NCBI GenBank assembly: GCA_051294375.1
Contig: CM119269.1
Span: 17,222,265 to 17,286,264 of the forward strand
From: Paraspadella gotoi
Lineage: Eukaryota > Animalia > Chaetognatha
Direction of reading: 5' to 3'
DNA length: 64,000 nucleotides
This document shows positions 1-36,535 of this stretch, one piece after another; position 1 is the stretch's first letter, and each line of letters starts with the position of its first letter. The notes beneath the pieces are model-generated. The model did not search any database and was not told the DNA's origin. It saw only the letters and a list, made by a program, of their open reading frames with translations. The position numbers were made by a program, and so were the translations under genes.

Positions 1-549
1 AAAGGCGATTAAAAAAGGTTTTTAAAGGAATAAAAATATTTGCAAGTTGAAAAAGATTAAAATCATTAAAAATATTAACAAAAAGATTTGAAAGGATTTT
101 GTTACAGTTAAACACACACAGATTGAAATTTCAATAGTAAAAAGTTTAAGAAAACAATGTAAAAAAACGCTTTAGGTAATTTGAAGTATTCATCGGCGTC
201 GTTGCCTTTTAAAGTTTGGAAATCCCGTTTGCTTTTATAATCCAGAATTGCAAAAGTATTGATCGAGTGCTGATCATCATGTCTCGTTTCTCAAAACTTC
301 ATATCTGTCAAATATCGAGATGTCCGTTATCCGTCCACTTATTTTCCCATTTTTAACGCAGAATGTCTCTCGTCTCAGCACCGACCTCCGCTTTGCCAAT
401 CATTCATCCTTTTCCATGCCATCTTTTCCAATGAGTTCGAAGGCTCCCCGGCCAGAGACCCGCGCTCGGCCTCTGCCCCAATGATGAGCCACTTTGTCAA
501 AAGCCTAAACGTCATTTGCTGTTCCTGGCCAATTCTCGGTTTGACAGTG

Positions 550-565
550 AGGAGAGAGAGAGAGA

Positions 566-621
<56 letters not shown>

Positions 622-622
622 G

Positions 623-657
<35 letters not shown>
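550..657. repeat. (AG)n microsatellite
   Basis: Directly visible dinucleotide run; source of the spurious ER/SL ORFs. Confidence 0.95.
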
Positions 658-660
<3 letters not shown>

Positions 661-1710
661 TTTTTTCATTTTCCGCCATTACCTCTGCGGTTTTCTCCAA
701 TGATTGGAAGTCGCTTTGCCAGAGAACGATTACTGCAAACAACTTCTTTGACCGTGAGGGATGAAAGGGGGAGGAGGAGAAGGAGGAGGAGAAGGAAGAG
801 GAGGAGGAGGAAGAAGAACAAGAAAAAGGAGGAAAACGAGAAGATGGAGGGTGAAGAAAAGTCTTGAGATGAGAAATTGAGAATGTGTGAAACTGAAAAT
901 TAAATATAAAAAATGGGAGAAATAAAATGAATAAAAATGAGTTAAAAAATAGAATAGGGAAAAGGAAGAAAATTAATGAAGATGGCAATATAAAATGGCT
1001 GGAAACTAAATGTAACACGAAAGATGAAATAAAAATACATATTTAAATATCAGAAATGACATGAAAAAAAGCATTTAAAAAATAGGTTTTGATGTAAATC
1101 GAAGCAAAGGAAGCGAAAAATGGTGAATTACAACAATACAATTACAACAATTACAATTACAACAATTACAACAATACAAGAAAACTTACAAGCATTAACA
1201 AATTAACCCAACAGTGTTGCCCAACGGTGTTGGGCCAACACGGAAGATCGAAAGAGGTAAGACGAATTTGGTCAGGGAGGTGGAGGAAGAGGAGGAGTAG
1301 AAGGAGGAGGAGGAAGAGGTTTCCCTGGACCGCCCGCCCTCTGCTCGGAATCAATTGAAGACTCAATCAACGCTTCCTCTGTTGTTGTTGGTCTTTCATT
1401 GACTCTCTCCCTCCAAATGGCCTCGGAATGCGGAACGATCAAGGGAACGATCCTTGGGTAAGGATACGGGGTGAGGTGGGTTGGAGTGGGTCAGTGCTTA
1501 TCGCCTTAGTATTGGGTGCCAAGAAATTTAAGCTTATGTATAAATTAGATTTGGATTTAAATAACGATCTGAGATTGACAGAAAAAATAAATGACTCTCT
1601 CTAATTCACTAGTTTCTATAATTTCTCAGGCGTGACGGTACATAGTTCTTTTATATAAATATATATATATAAAAAATCCTATCCACTCAATACTGAGGAC
1701 CCACACTCGC

Positions 1711-23034
<21,324 letters not shown>

Positions 23035-23233
23035 TTTGACGGTTTGAGATTTTTTTTTTTAATACTCCGATGAAAAAAAAATGATGTTCGAGAAATTATT
23101 TTAAAACTCCCCTTTTTTATTTTCGAATTATTGTTATTAGAGAAAGCAAAGTGTTTTCGAAATTAGGATTATTGCATCACGAATTATTGTTTAAATCTCC
23201 AAAAAAGTTAAATGTTCGTCCTGACTAATCGTG

Positions 23234-23860
23234 TGACGTCATCTTTCCGGAAGTTAGTTGCGTCATCGTTGATTTTTTTTTCCGAGCCGGGCTGTCCTTT
23301 TCTCTCGGCTGTCCTTCCTCGCCTGTTGGTTCCGTTATCTTTTCAGTATGTTTTTTTTTTTGCCTGTCCTAAACAGCTGAGTTTTTCTGTTTTGCGGCGA
23401 CGGCGAGAAACAGGATTTTTCCCTTCTTTCTTTTTTATTTTTTTCAATCGATATTTCTTTTTATCGTTTATTCTCAGAGATTCAAGGTTCGCCGGTGACG
23501 TCACGACAGATTTTCTCACTTTCTTTGGGTCGGTTTTGTTTACAAATTAGGTTTTGTTCATTTCGACTAATGATTTCGGCGAAAAGTTAGGATCATTTTT
23601 CTCAAGTTATGTTTTTATCGCGGTTTCGTTTGCGTTTCTGTAGTAAAGGGAACAAAGTAAACTGTGTTTATAGATTAAATGTCAAGCATTTCCGAGAACG
23701 GCTATCAAGAATAAAAATTCATAATAGTCTTAAGCACTAAATGTCTTCTTGTTTAGAAGACAACCATCATGATCGAAGTATACCCGTTCATTAATTTAAC
23801 AAGACAACTTGTTTATTTTGTTTATAAACTATGTGGAGCTCTTTTTAGTTGGTGACGTCA
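23234..23860 (-). promoter_or_regulatory. Probable myosin I promoter/5' region with CRE and ETS motifs
   Basis: Perfect TGACGTCA at 23234, 23496 and 23853, and TTCCGGAAGT at 23245. These lie 200-830 bp upstream of the ATG exon. Confidence 0.5.
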
Positions 23861-26023
23861 AATGCGATTGAGAGATAAAAAAAACTGACGATTGTAATAA
23901 TAATGATTGAATCAATATGAAGACCCAAGAGCGAACAACTGTAGATTATTAGAAACCAATTAATATTAATTATTCGTATTTAAAACTGGTTTACTTCAAT
24001 TATTTGTATTCCCGAGACATTCAATTGTTTCGTTTCCGAACTCGAAACTTTTGTTTTGGTTTAGAACTGGAACTTGAACCCACGCATGCAACCAATGGAT
24101 TAAGAAAGTAATATTTTTAAAAAATGTATAAAACAAAATTAAAATATTTTTTTATTAAATATATTCAAAATTAAAAGGTTACAAAAGATGCCATCAATTA
24201 TCGTTTATTAAATATTTTATTCATGAGTAAATATTGCAATCAGAATTCATTTATTCATTTCATTCATTTCTTTTATTGTTTATAATATTTTTAGCGGCCC
24301 AGCTCATCCTCGATATTCCGAGCGATTCAACAAGAGTGAAAGAGTGAATCTGCTGGTATCTCGCCGATCTGCGATATACCAAGATTAAAATGAAATCTTT
24401 TTACTTAATAGGCGAGTCGCTTTCGTCGTTGCTGTTGTCGTTGTCGTTGTCGTCGCTTTCGTCATTCATATCGAGTTAAAACTCACAAATAAGTCAACAG
24501 AAAAGCTCTCACACTTCATAATGTATTCCCATATTTGGATTTAACGCCTCACAACCTCCTTAAATCTGCTTTCTTCTCGGTTACTCTATTAAAAATAGTT
24601 TAAGCTCCAAAAGTTTGAAGCTATTGTTCTATTAATTTTGTCATAAAAATCAGGGTAAAACTTTTTGCTTTGCAGCTCTAGAAGTTTTAAGCTATGGTAA
24701 AAAACTCATTGTTCATTATTCAATTCAACGTAAATAGATTATCGATTATACCCACACTCGAATAATTTCATCATTCCGGTATAATTTTGCTTTGTACAAC
24801 AAGAAGCGAAACGTATTTTCCCAACTATAACAGTTTTGGATGCAAAATTCTTCCATGATCGTCCAACGTTGTCTCCTTCCTGAATGCCGATGCGCTTTGT
24901 ATATCCTGGACTGGACAGTGGACACTGGACACAGTGGAAAATTCGAAAATTTTCCATCAGAGGCTACACGGGGGTTGGGGAGGCACATCGAATGCTCAGT
25001 AGGGTGCATAGCATCGCTACCCAGCCAGAACAACTACGTGGAGTGGCCAGGCGGATTGAGGACTAGGCTCTCAACGTTGTCTGCATTGATGTTGTGTCAG
25101 AAGTAATAGTAATTAAAAGTATATTAGTCTAAGTCAAAGAGCCTAAATATGATTTTGTCTCCTTTGAATTCCTTTGCAAAATCAATTTAAAATAGAGGGA
25201 TGAGTTTTACGAGTAAAAATAATCGTAACCACTGAGGTTGAAAGTTGAGCTTTTAACTAATAAAAAAAACGAGCTAATTAAAAAAAATTTTAAGTCATTT
25301 ATTGACCAAAAATTTAATGACCTGTGCTGAAAAAGGTATGAGGATACATACCAAGCAACAGTTAGGAAACGCACGACAGTTTAATAGGAAAAGAGATAAA
25401 GTTTATTAAGATAAAGTTTATTTGGACAAGCTGAAATAAGCAGTTAGTAAGAATTTAGCTCGTTATTTGAAGTAGAGATTAGTAGTTTTTCGGATCCGTC
25501 CTGGGGGTCTTTTAAAGGTTGACCCGATATAAGATAACAAGACGAGGGTTAACAAATTTTCGTTCGAATAATTAATTTTTAATTATTTAATTAGTTGATT
25601 TCAAACGATCTCAGGATCAATTGGATTAATAGGTCTTAAAATTTGTGAGAATCACTGTGTTCGCGATTCACGTGGCAAACTTAATTAAATGGCAAAAATT
25701 TTAAATATATTTTTATTAAAGCATTTTAAATATTATGAATTAATGTTTAGACAAAAATGTAAGAAAGTAAGAAAGTAATGATAGTAAAAGAGGCTTTGCA
25801 CTGAGCTAGCGTAAAGCGAACGATTTACAAACTTTAAAAAAACTCCTAATTCTCGATTTACAACTTGGCCAAGCCACTAAAACTCACGGCAATTCGAGAA
25901 CCTTCCTTAAAATAAATTGAGGATGACAAAAGTTCACTTGAAAACTACAGAGAAATAATTTCGTTCCTCACAAAAGTTTTTTTTCGACCAAGTTTTGAAG
26001 GTTGACGAAAAAAAACGGGAATA

Positions 26024-28480
<2,457 letters not shown>

Positions 28481-28885
28481 TTGTCATAGACTACAATCCA
28501 TAAAAATGATTTGCATTCCAACTTTGTTGTAAAAATAATAGTGGGCTTTTATCGTTGGTCGCAATTTTTTTTTTTTTTTTTTGTGTTGGTTTGTTTTTCT
28601 GTTTTAGATCCAACTTTGGAAATTGGGAAAATATATGTGATTTTTGTTGTAATTCTATCAATGAAATCTTGAGCATTATCCGCAGATTACGAATTAAAAT
28701 TTTGTGTTTAAGTATTGTTATCTTAAATTTTCTGAACAATTTAATTGCGATAAACAAAGAAAGAACGATTTAATCAAACAATTAACTAGTCCATTAACTG
28801 GAAAAGCTGAAATTCACACTTTTTTTATGACTTCTTTCTGTCGTTGTTGTAAATAAAGTAAATATTTACTTTCCTCTTTTAATAA

Positions 28886-31569
28886 TCAAATTTGAATCTG
28901 GACGTCGTGATAAACCTCCAAAAAGTCTTTGGCGAGAAACTCCGTCGCGAAGAAGACGCCGATTCCAAGGGCGACGGAGATGGGTAGGGCGGGTAAGGCT
29001 CGCCGCTTGAGGATGAGGATTAGGAGGGTAAGGAGGAGGCCGAAGAGGATGGCGAAGAAAGTAGCGATGAGAGTGTAGAGAGAACCGTAGCAAGAAGCCT
29101 GAAAAAGAAAGAAAGAGAGGAGAGACAGAGAGAAAGAGGTTGATTTTAAAATAATTTTAAAATGCCAACACGTGATAAAAGATTTAAAAGAACACAAAAG
29201 AAAAGTATTTCTTACCTGAACTACGACGAGTGAATAAAACAGAAAGTCTCCCAGTCCCAATTTTACTCCATCTCCGTCGTCGTCTTCCCCGCTATCCGGC
29301 GCCGCGCAGACATCGCCGGCCGCCGGCGCTGCCTGGTTATCGGCCGGCGCCTCGATCGGCAACACAGCCGCGTTTTCGGAGTTTGGGGTCGTTTCTTCCC
29401 CCGCCGTCGTCGTCTCTCGGACGTTTTGATTTTCGTCGAAATTGTCCCGAAAACTCGACGACGCAATGGATGTTTGTTGAACTCTCGGAGCAACGGCGCC
29501 GCTCTCAGTCTCTGTTGTCGTGTCGCAGCGATTAGCGTTCGTTTCGTCGGCGCCCCAAGAGACGAAGCCGCTTCTTTCGGCGTTTTCGGTTCCACCTGCG
29601 CCATTTTCCGCGGAATGAGCGGCGTCCTTTTGACTGACGGCGTCCCGACCAGTAGGACGGACGTAAAAAACGGCACTGGAATAAATGAGTGCCGGATGGA
29701 ATTCCGCATTGTTTTCCTGTAAAAAAGCAAAGCGACATAACATATTAACGATATTAACAACATGTAATATTATTTTATTAAGAAATTACATTATGGTTGG
29801 CCAAACAACAATGCGTAATAAGGGCAAAAAGCCTTCGCTCTCTTTGTCTTTTACTTTTCCCTATCAATGTATTTCACCATGAAAATTCAACAGTCTCGCG
29901 ACACTTTCACTTGTCCCTTTCTTGGTTTTTCATTACTATTGGTTTGGCTTACTTTTCGATCCGAATCTTTTGACATAAACGTAAATCATTATTCGAAAGT
30001 TGAATCTCTGCAGAATCGCTTCATTCGTACCTCCATTGTGTCGACGAGGATTCTAAGCGGCCCCCTCTTCGGCAGAACGGCGATCAGATCCCAAATGGCG
30101 AGCAGCGCCACCACCACCCACGTCGTCCATTCGGGGAGGGTGCGCCCGAACATCAGCGCCACGTGCACCATGATGAGGATCTTTGGGGGAGGGGCGGAAA
30201 GTGGGGACGGCAGATCGGAAGGATAGACTAAATTTGAGTTAACGAGTTTAATAATTATTAATTTGTTTAAATGCGACGTTCTAACGAAGCAATATCATCA
30301 ATCGCCGAATGCTATTGACAGAAATAACTGTTTAATTAATATTCAACTGTATTAACCCATAATTTATCGTCGTGAATCATGTTTTCTCACTACACTGGCC
30401 CAACTCTCCGCATCTAATTTTCCCCTCTTTTAATCGCCATTTTCAATTCCCTGAAAAGGTGGTCTCCAAATCCATTCGTTATCACCGACTCCGAGTCCCC
30501 CAACATGCGAGCGCCCCCATTTCCGCCTCCAAAACCTGAAAGGCGTGAACGAGACACTTAGGTCCTTTCCACATGAGACAGAACCCTGAGACGACGACGA
30601 CGTTGAAGGCGACGAAGGCGAAGAGAGGATAATCCATGGGGATTCCACAGTAGGAAACCAAGATCGGCGTGAGGAAGGTCATCGTCATCCCCAGCACCAT
30701 CACCATGGTGAGGCCGAGGAAGACGTTGCAGCATTTGTCGCATCTTAAGGAGAGATTACGAGGTTTCTGTCCAATCGTCTGCTCAGTCATCTGTCGGTGT
30801 CTATTTTTCGTTCGCACCTACACTTAAACAGACAGACCATAATGAGGGTGACGGTGACGACGATGGCGACGATAACGAGGCCGACGACGATAGCCCATCT
30901 GACAAAAGGGAATCGACTTAGGTTCATCAAAGAAGGAAAACGCGCCATCTATCGAAACAAAAAATATTTAAAAAGATTAGAAAACTTAAATTGTAAACGA
31001 CAGTATAGCATCAATCAACCGGACACAACGCCTTTTAAAAACCGACTTGATTTCGTTTAATAAATCGTCGTCGTCGTCGTCGTCGTCCGAATCTCTCGGG
31101 TCTCCGGCCTTTTTGGGAATGTCCGACGAAGACGACGAAGACGACCCCTCTAGATTGCTGGGCGAAAAGGGTTTGTCGTCGTCGGTCAATTCGTCCCACA
31201 TCCAAGTCTTGGCCGAGACGCAGGTCAACAGCATCGTGATGAAGACGGGAGGGAAGATACGGATCACGGCTTTGGGGCTTTGGAGTTTTTAAATTAGGGG
31301 TTTTTAGAAGGAAAAATACGTGAATATATCTATTAATATTAATATGTCTATTAATTAGGCATATGCTTTAAGCTTTAATTCCTTCTTTTTTTTTTCTTTT
31401 TGTCCACGAACCTGTAATTTTTACGTCTCTCATTGGAAGGTCTTTCGACCTCTGCCGGATGTGCTTCGTCGGCGTTGGGGGCCGCCGGTTCGTCGTTCTC
31501 AGTCACGGCGTCGCTTTGATTGACAACGCTCTGAGGCGCGGCGTCGTTTTCCTGGTTCGCTTCTTCCAT
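28886..31569 (-). CDS. PSEN: Presenilin (peptidase A22A, gamma-secretase catalytic subunit family), divergent
   Basis: Seven exons: 31569-31412, 31277-31020, 30898-30818, 30743-30536, 30180-30031, 29716-29216, 29098-28886, totalling 1569 nt (522 aa plus stop). Motifs are WKGP, LPEWTTW, IWDLIAVL (first Asp), GPLRILV, PALIYSS, GVKLGLGDFLFYS (second Asp) and ALPALPIS. Confidence 0.93.
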
Positions 31570-31874
31570 GACCGGCGTCGATAAAATTTCCGAGTCACGA
31601 CGAAATTTTACGCTGAAAGACTTCGAAGTTGACGTCGCGCGAAAGAATTTCAGAGTCGCTCATTCGTCAATCGATTGAACGCGAGTAAAGAAGAGACTTA
31701 GCGTAGGAAAGTTTTTTAGCCAATCGAGACATAGATTTTCTTCTTTTTTTTGTGTATTGGATAGACGATCTAGTCTAGATCAAGAAGAAAGAGAGGAAGT
31801 GGGAGTGATTAAAAAAAATATTAAACGAAAATAATAACGGAATAATTTTAGTAGACTTAATTAAAGTACACAAG
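31570..31874. promoter_or_regulatory. Probable bidirectional promoter between presenilin and AKR
   Basis: 305 bp separate the divergent ATGs; the interval contains CCAAT (31720), ATTGG (31756) and GGAAGT (31795). Confidence 0.5.
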
Positions 31875-34025
31875 ATGCCGTGCAGTCAAAAGGGTAAATG
31901 CGGGAAGAAGCGTTTTACGGTAAGGGCGTCAAAATTAAAGTTTGAAATATAACATACGAATTTATCAAATTGATTGAGTGATTGTTTGAATTCTTTATCT
32001 ATGGCTTAATTGAAAAAACAACAACAAAATCTCTTTCATTCCCGCGCCATTCTCTATTTGAGATTCCCACCATCTCATTGGAGAGCGGAATTTCCATGCC
32101 AGTCGTGGCGCAGGGCATCGTGACCCACGAGCGAATGACCCCGGGTCAAATCCAGGCCATAATCCAGAGCGCCATCGAAATGGGGCATCGCCACTTCGAC
32201 AGCGCCCCTGGTGCCAGGGAGGCCGAACTCGGTAGATGGGGGGAAAAGTAGGGGACGGATTAATGAAAAGTAGCTTCGAAAATTATTCAAATTATTCGTT
32301 ATTTTATAAGTGTCTTATTCATTCGTAAGACAAAATTAAGAAATTGACTGAAATTACATAATATTTTGGAAAACATATAAATTAGTCCGAAAGATTTTCG
32401 CTAACGTTTGTCCAAATCGGATTTCGAGTTTCGCAGAAAGCCCGAGTTCTTCCGGCAAAACGTGGGAATCTCAAATTTGAGGTTCCGTCTCAAATCTCCT
32501 ACCCTCCGTCAAGGCAGAGCCATCCGAAACAAGATCTTCGACGAAACCCTCGACTTTGAGGAAATCTTCATCACCTCCAAACTGGCCAACACTCACCACG
32601 GCCCCGGCCAGGTCAAGGAGTGTCTCCAGTCCACTCTCATTACTTTGGGAGTTCCCTACATTCATCTCTACCTCGTCCACAGTCCTTGCGGCATCAAGGT
32701 CGAAGCGGCATCATGTTTCTTATTTAAACGATTTATAAACAAATGAACAAACGCCGTTACTCACTTCTCAGCCGACGGATGGCGACAATCTCTGTCCGGA
32801 CGGCGTCGATATTTTGGACACCTGGCGTCAGATGGAAGCGCTCGTCGATGACAAACTCGTAAAGTCTATCGGTCTCGCCAACTTCAACGCTCGGCAGATC
32901 ACCAGGATACTCAAGGGGTGCAGGCGAGGAATCGGACTGATGACGTTGTATTGGCGACACTCTCTCGCCACCCGGTTCAGGCAACGCTGGCGGCGAAAGA
33001 GTGAGTGTTCTTGGTTCGGATTCGGGTTCGCCACCAATAGGCGGACCCTGCTAATATAAGTAGCTACTAGTAGTGACAAATCGTAATCGTGGAATTTAAT
33101 CAGGCGATAGGAGTTTTTGAATAAAATAGGGAATAAAACAAAAATAAGTGACTTTATTGGTAATCTTTTTTGATAAAATTGTTGCCACATTATTGAATGG
33201 TGCTCTCCCTCTGCCTTTCCTAACTCTACCACTCCCTGGCCATTCCTTAGGATCAAACCGGCCTTGCTTCAGATCGAGTGTCACATCTACTTTCAAAATC
33301 GCGACATCATTCGCTTCTGTCGATCCAAATCGATCCGCGTCTCCGCCTACGGTCCCTTCGGATGCCCCGGGAGGCTCGACAAAGATCCCGGTGAGTAAAA
33401 GAGACGGCTAAGAAGCTTGGTGAGAAAAAAGAGCAATTATAACTTTAAAAAGACTGATTAAAATGCAGACGAGCAGCTACTTCTGTCGGACCCGGCAATC
33501 GCCGAAGTGGCATCGCGAACGAAAGGAAAGTCAGTGGCGCAAGTGGCGCTGAGATTCCTGCAGCAATCGGGACTTCCTGTTGTCACGAGGGCCATCATGT
33601 GAGTGGGCTGGAATGAGGGATTAACTTTAAGGTTACAATATTCTGGAAAACATGCTGTTTCTTTTGGAAATATTGTTATAATAGTTATACAAAATAAACT
33701 GTATCTAACGATTTAATTTTTAACCAGAGCGGAGCATCAACTGGCCAACCTGGAGATCTTTGACTTTCATCTCTCGGACGCGGACATGAATCGGCTGAGA
33801 AATCTAGACAAGGTGATTGCTTGATTGTTGATTGGTTGATTAGATTGAATAAACGTTTCAATGAAGGAATGTATCTCACTACCCCTGCAGAACCAACGCG
33901 TTATCACACTCCTGTCTCTACGGTCTCATCCAGAGTATCCCTTCGTTGAGGTTTCGGGCACCATGAGCGTCGCAGGATTTCAAATTGGACCCGCCAATGC
34001 CTCCCACCACAAGAAGATAAAATGA
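31875..34025 (+). CDS. Aldo-keto reductase family (AKR1-like) protein, catalytic Tyr missing
   Basis: Eight exons: 31875-31919, 32063-32231, 32514-32698, 32772-32923, 33251-33390, 33469-33598, 33728-33812, 33891-34025, totalling 1041 nt (346 aa plus stop). Motifs are GHRHFDSA, IFITSKL, LYLVHSP, WRQMEALVDDKLVKSIGLANFN, QIECHIY, AQVALRF, NLEIFDFHLS and HPEYPF. Confidence 0.9.
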
Positions 34026-34682
34026 TCTCTCCTATATTTTTTTTTTTAATTTGCCTAAGCAAATGAAATCATACTCTTTTTTTGGGTTTTAAATTAAGCG
34101 GCTAATAAATGTTCACGGTTCCTTAGACACCCCGTATAAATAATAATGAATCGTGCAACCGCGTTTTCTTTCTTGGTTTTCCGTCATTTTGTGGTGCGTC
34201 GGTGCAAACGTTGGTGAGAGAGAGAGAGAGAACGTTCATTATTTTTACGATCTTAAAAAAAGTAAAAAAAAAAATCGTAAGTAAATGACGCTAACTGAAC
34301 GAGATTATAAGGTTAGATATACGTACAGTAGCATCCGTCTAGAATTTCTGAGACGGCAAGCTCTATAACTCAAGTACAAATGATAATTTGAAAGAGAAAG
34401 CCATTGTTCTACGACCAATTTTGGGACCTAGCAGTTTATTGAAAAAATTTTGGCAAAGAATAACAAGTTTATGCCGTATCGATATCTTAAATTATTTTTT
34501 TATCTGTATTTTATTCCCAATCGGTGTTATACGTTGTTTGTGGCGAACAGTCCTATGACGCGGATGACGACGAATTTTCTTCGACAAAATCATGGAAACA
34601 AAAGGCGGAAAAACTCGGCGTCGGAATCGAAATTCGATGAAACATTGGTAAAAACTAAAAAGATACTTTTATTTATTAATCA

Positions 34683-35498
34683 TTATTCGCCCGTTCGCTC
34701 GGCGCCGAGGACCCAATCGTCCATTTTCGACAAGAGTTCTGCGTTCCAAAGATCAGAACTCCGCAAAGAGGTGAGAGAATAAACTTTTTCTATGAAGTAG
34801 GTACAATCAATATAACAATTATTCATTCATTTAATAAATAAGCTATCTTGCCCCTAACTTTGGTCAGGCTTTGGTGGTTTAAGGCCTCCATCACTCTTAA
34901 AAGATAATTACAAAGCAGGTCCCTGCAAGCTTTCAATCAAGACACTCTCTCTCTGGCTTCCCTATCTATGAAGTGGTATAATATTTCAAAGAATGTTTCA
35001 ATTGTAAGAAAAGATTAAGTATTAGATATTATATTATTTTATAATATTTTAATTGAAAACTAAATTCGAAACAAAAAAATGGAGCAATATTAAGAATTTA
35101 GGAGTTTCCTCTTCACGAATCCGTCTCCGTCAAATTGTTTTAAAATGACAATTTCCGAAATTGAATTTGTTACTCTGACTTATCTGATTTCTTTCAGACG
35201 AAAAAAAAAACTCATCTGTGAAATTTTAAATTAATAAAAGTTGTAGAATAACAACAACAGGAAATTGTTGGCTTTCAAGATTTTCTTTTAAAATTTTTTT
35301 ATTCATCGGCTTATTCTTCCTCCTCTTTCCTTTTTTCCTCTTCCTCCCCTATATTCCTTCCAGTGCGACTTCCGAGAGCCGACCGTGATTCGCCTAGCGC
35401 CGGCGCCACTCTCCAACTCCTTGGTCGACGTGGCGAGGTTCGTGGAGATCCTTTGTCGGAGCCTCGACGATTTGAAGGTGGACGGAGAGGCTCCATGA
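34683..35498 (+). pseudogene. KYNU: Kynureninase remnant: N-terminal exon fragment plus last exon only
   Basis: 34683-34770 reads LFARSLGAEDPIVHFRQEFCVPKIRTPQR then gtgaga. 35364-35498 follows cag and reads CDFREPTVIRLAPAPLSNSLVDVARFVEILCRSLDDLKVDGEAP*. These match the two ends of kynureninase. There is no start codon, the phases are incompatible and the PLP-binding core is absent. Confidence 0.75.
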
Positions 35499-36535
35499 TG
35501 ATATCGAAGACAATAAAATATGAGCGAAGGATCCGGCTCTTAAATCTATGATCTACATTGTAGATTCTACAGTGACTTTGCTCTGTATCATCTAGATTGT
35601 TACCATAACCAATAGCTCAGCAAAAAAGTATTAAGTAAATAAGATTTCATTAAATTAGGCAGTGTTGATTTCTTCTTTTTTATTTGTAACTCAATTTGGA
35701 CTTTTCTTCGTAACTGCCACAAGCGGATATCTTAAACTTTAGCCATCACAGGGGGAACAGTTTATAGGGCAAGAAAGCTTATAAATTAACAATTAATTTA
35801 AAAGTGAGAAAGATGAAAGTAAGAAATACAGTATGTTTTTTTTTCATTTGTAACATTTCGTGACAATATACCTATGCAACCGTAAAATTTAAAAAGATTA
35901 AATATAGTCGGTTTTGAAGGTCTCGGTTTGGCATTTTATACGATATATAATACAACATATTAGTATTCAATCTTCTTTATTTAGTGACTGTTTATTAAGA
36001 GGAGGTCAAATTTGAAACTTCATCAATGCAATTTTCGAATTTTTTCCTGATGATTAAAAAGTATTTAAAATAAAAAATAGAATATTTTATGTTACTCATT
36101 TTATAAAATTCTTTAAATTTTATATTAATTAATAAAAAAAATTATAAAATCAGCTGAAGTTTTATAAAAAAAATTATCTCCTTCATTTTGAAAAGTTACT
36201 AAGCACCTAAGTATTAAACGAATATTAAATCTACAGCACATTGAAGATGCTACATCTTAATTCTAAATTTTAATGTTAATTTTAAGTTTGACTGGTTCTG
36301 ACTGCGTGAAATATTAAAAGGTAAAAAAATCGAAAGTTGATTAACAAATTTGGCAATGATCGACTTGATAAGTCGATAGCTTGAGGTAGAAAAAATGAAA
36401 GCACTACTGTACTGGGCCTTGTCCTTCACGTAATTCTCAATTTATCAAATTAAACCGCGTTTCGCCCTCTCGCGGCTCATGTTTATAGATGTCCTTTTGT
36501 TGAGTCTTGGACCACCAATCGTCGCAGTCACTCGA

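Noticed and set aside
362-547. Open + strand stretch between cag and gtgagg (ECLSSQHRPPLCQ...)
   Set aside because: No recognisable homology or partner exons; cannot be supported.
33001-33006. Canonical gtgagt donor as an alternative to the AKR GC donor
   Set aside because: It gives phase 1 where the 33251 exon needs phase 2, and adds ~25 non-homologous residues.
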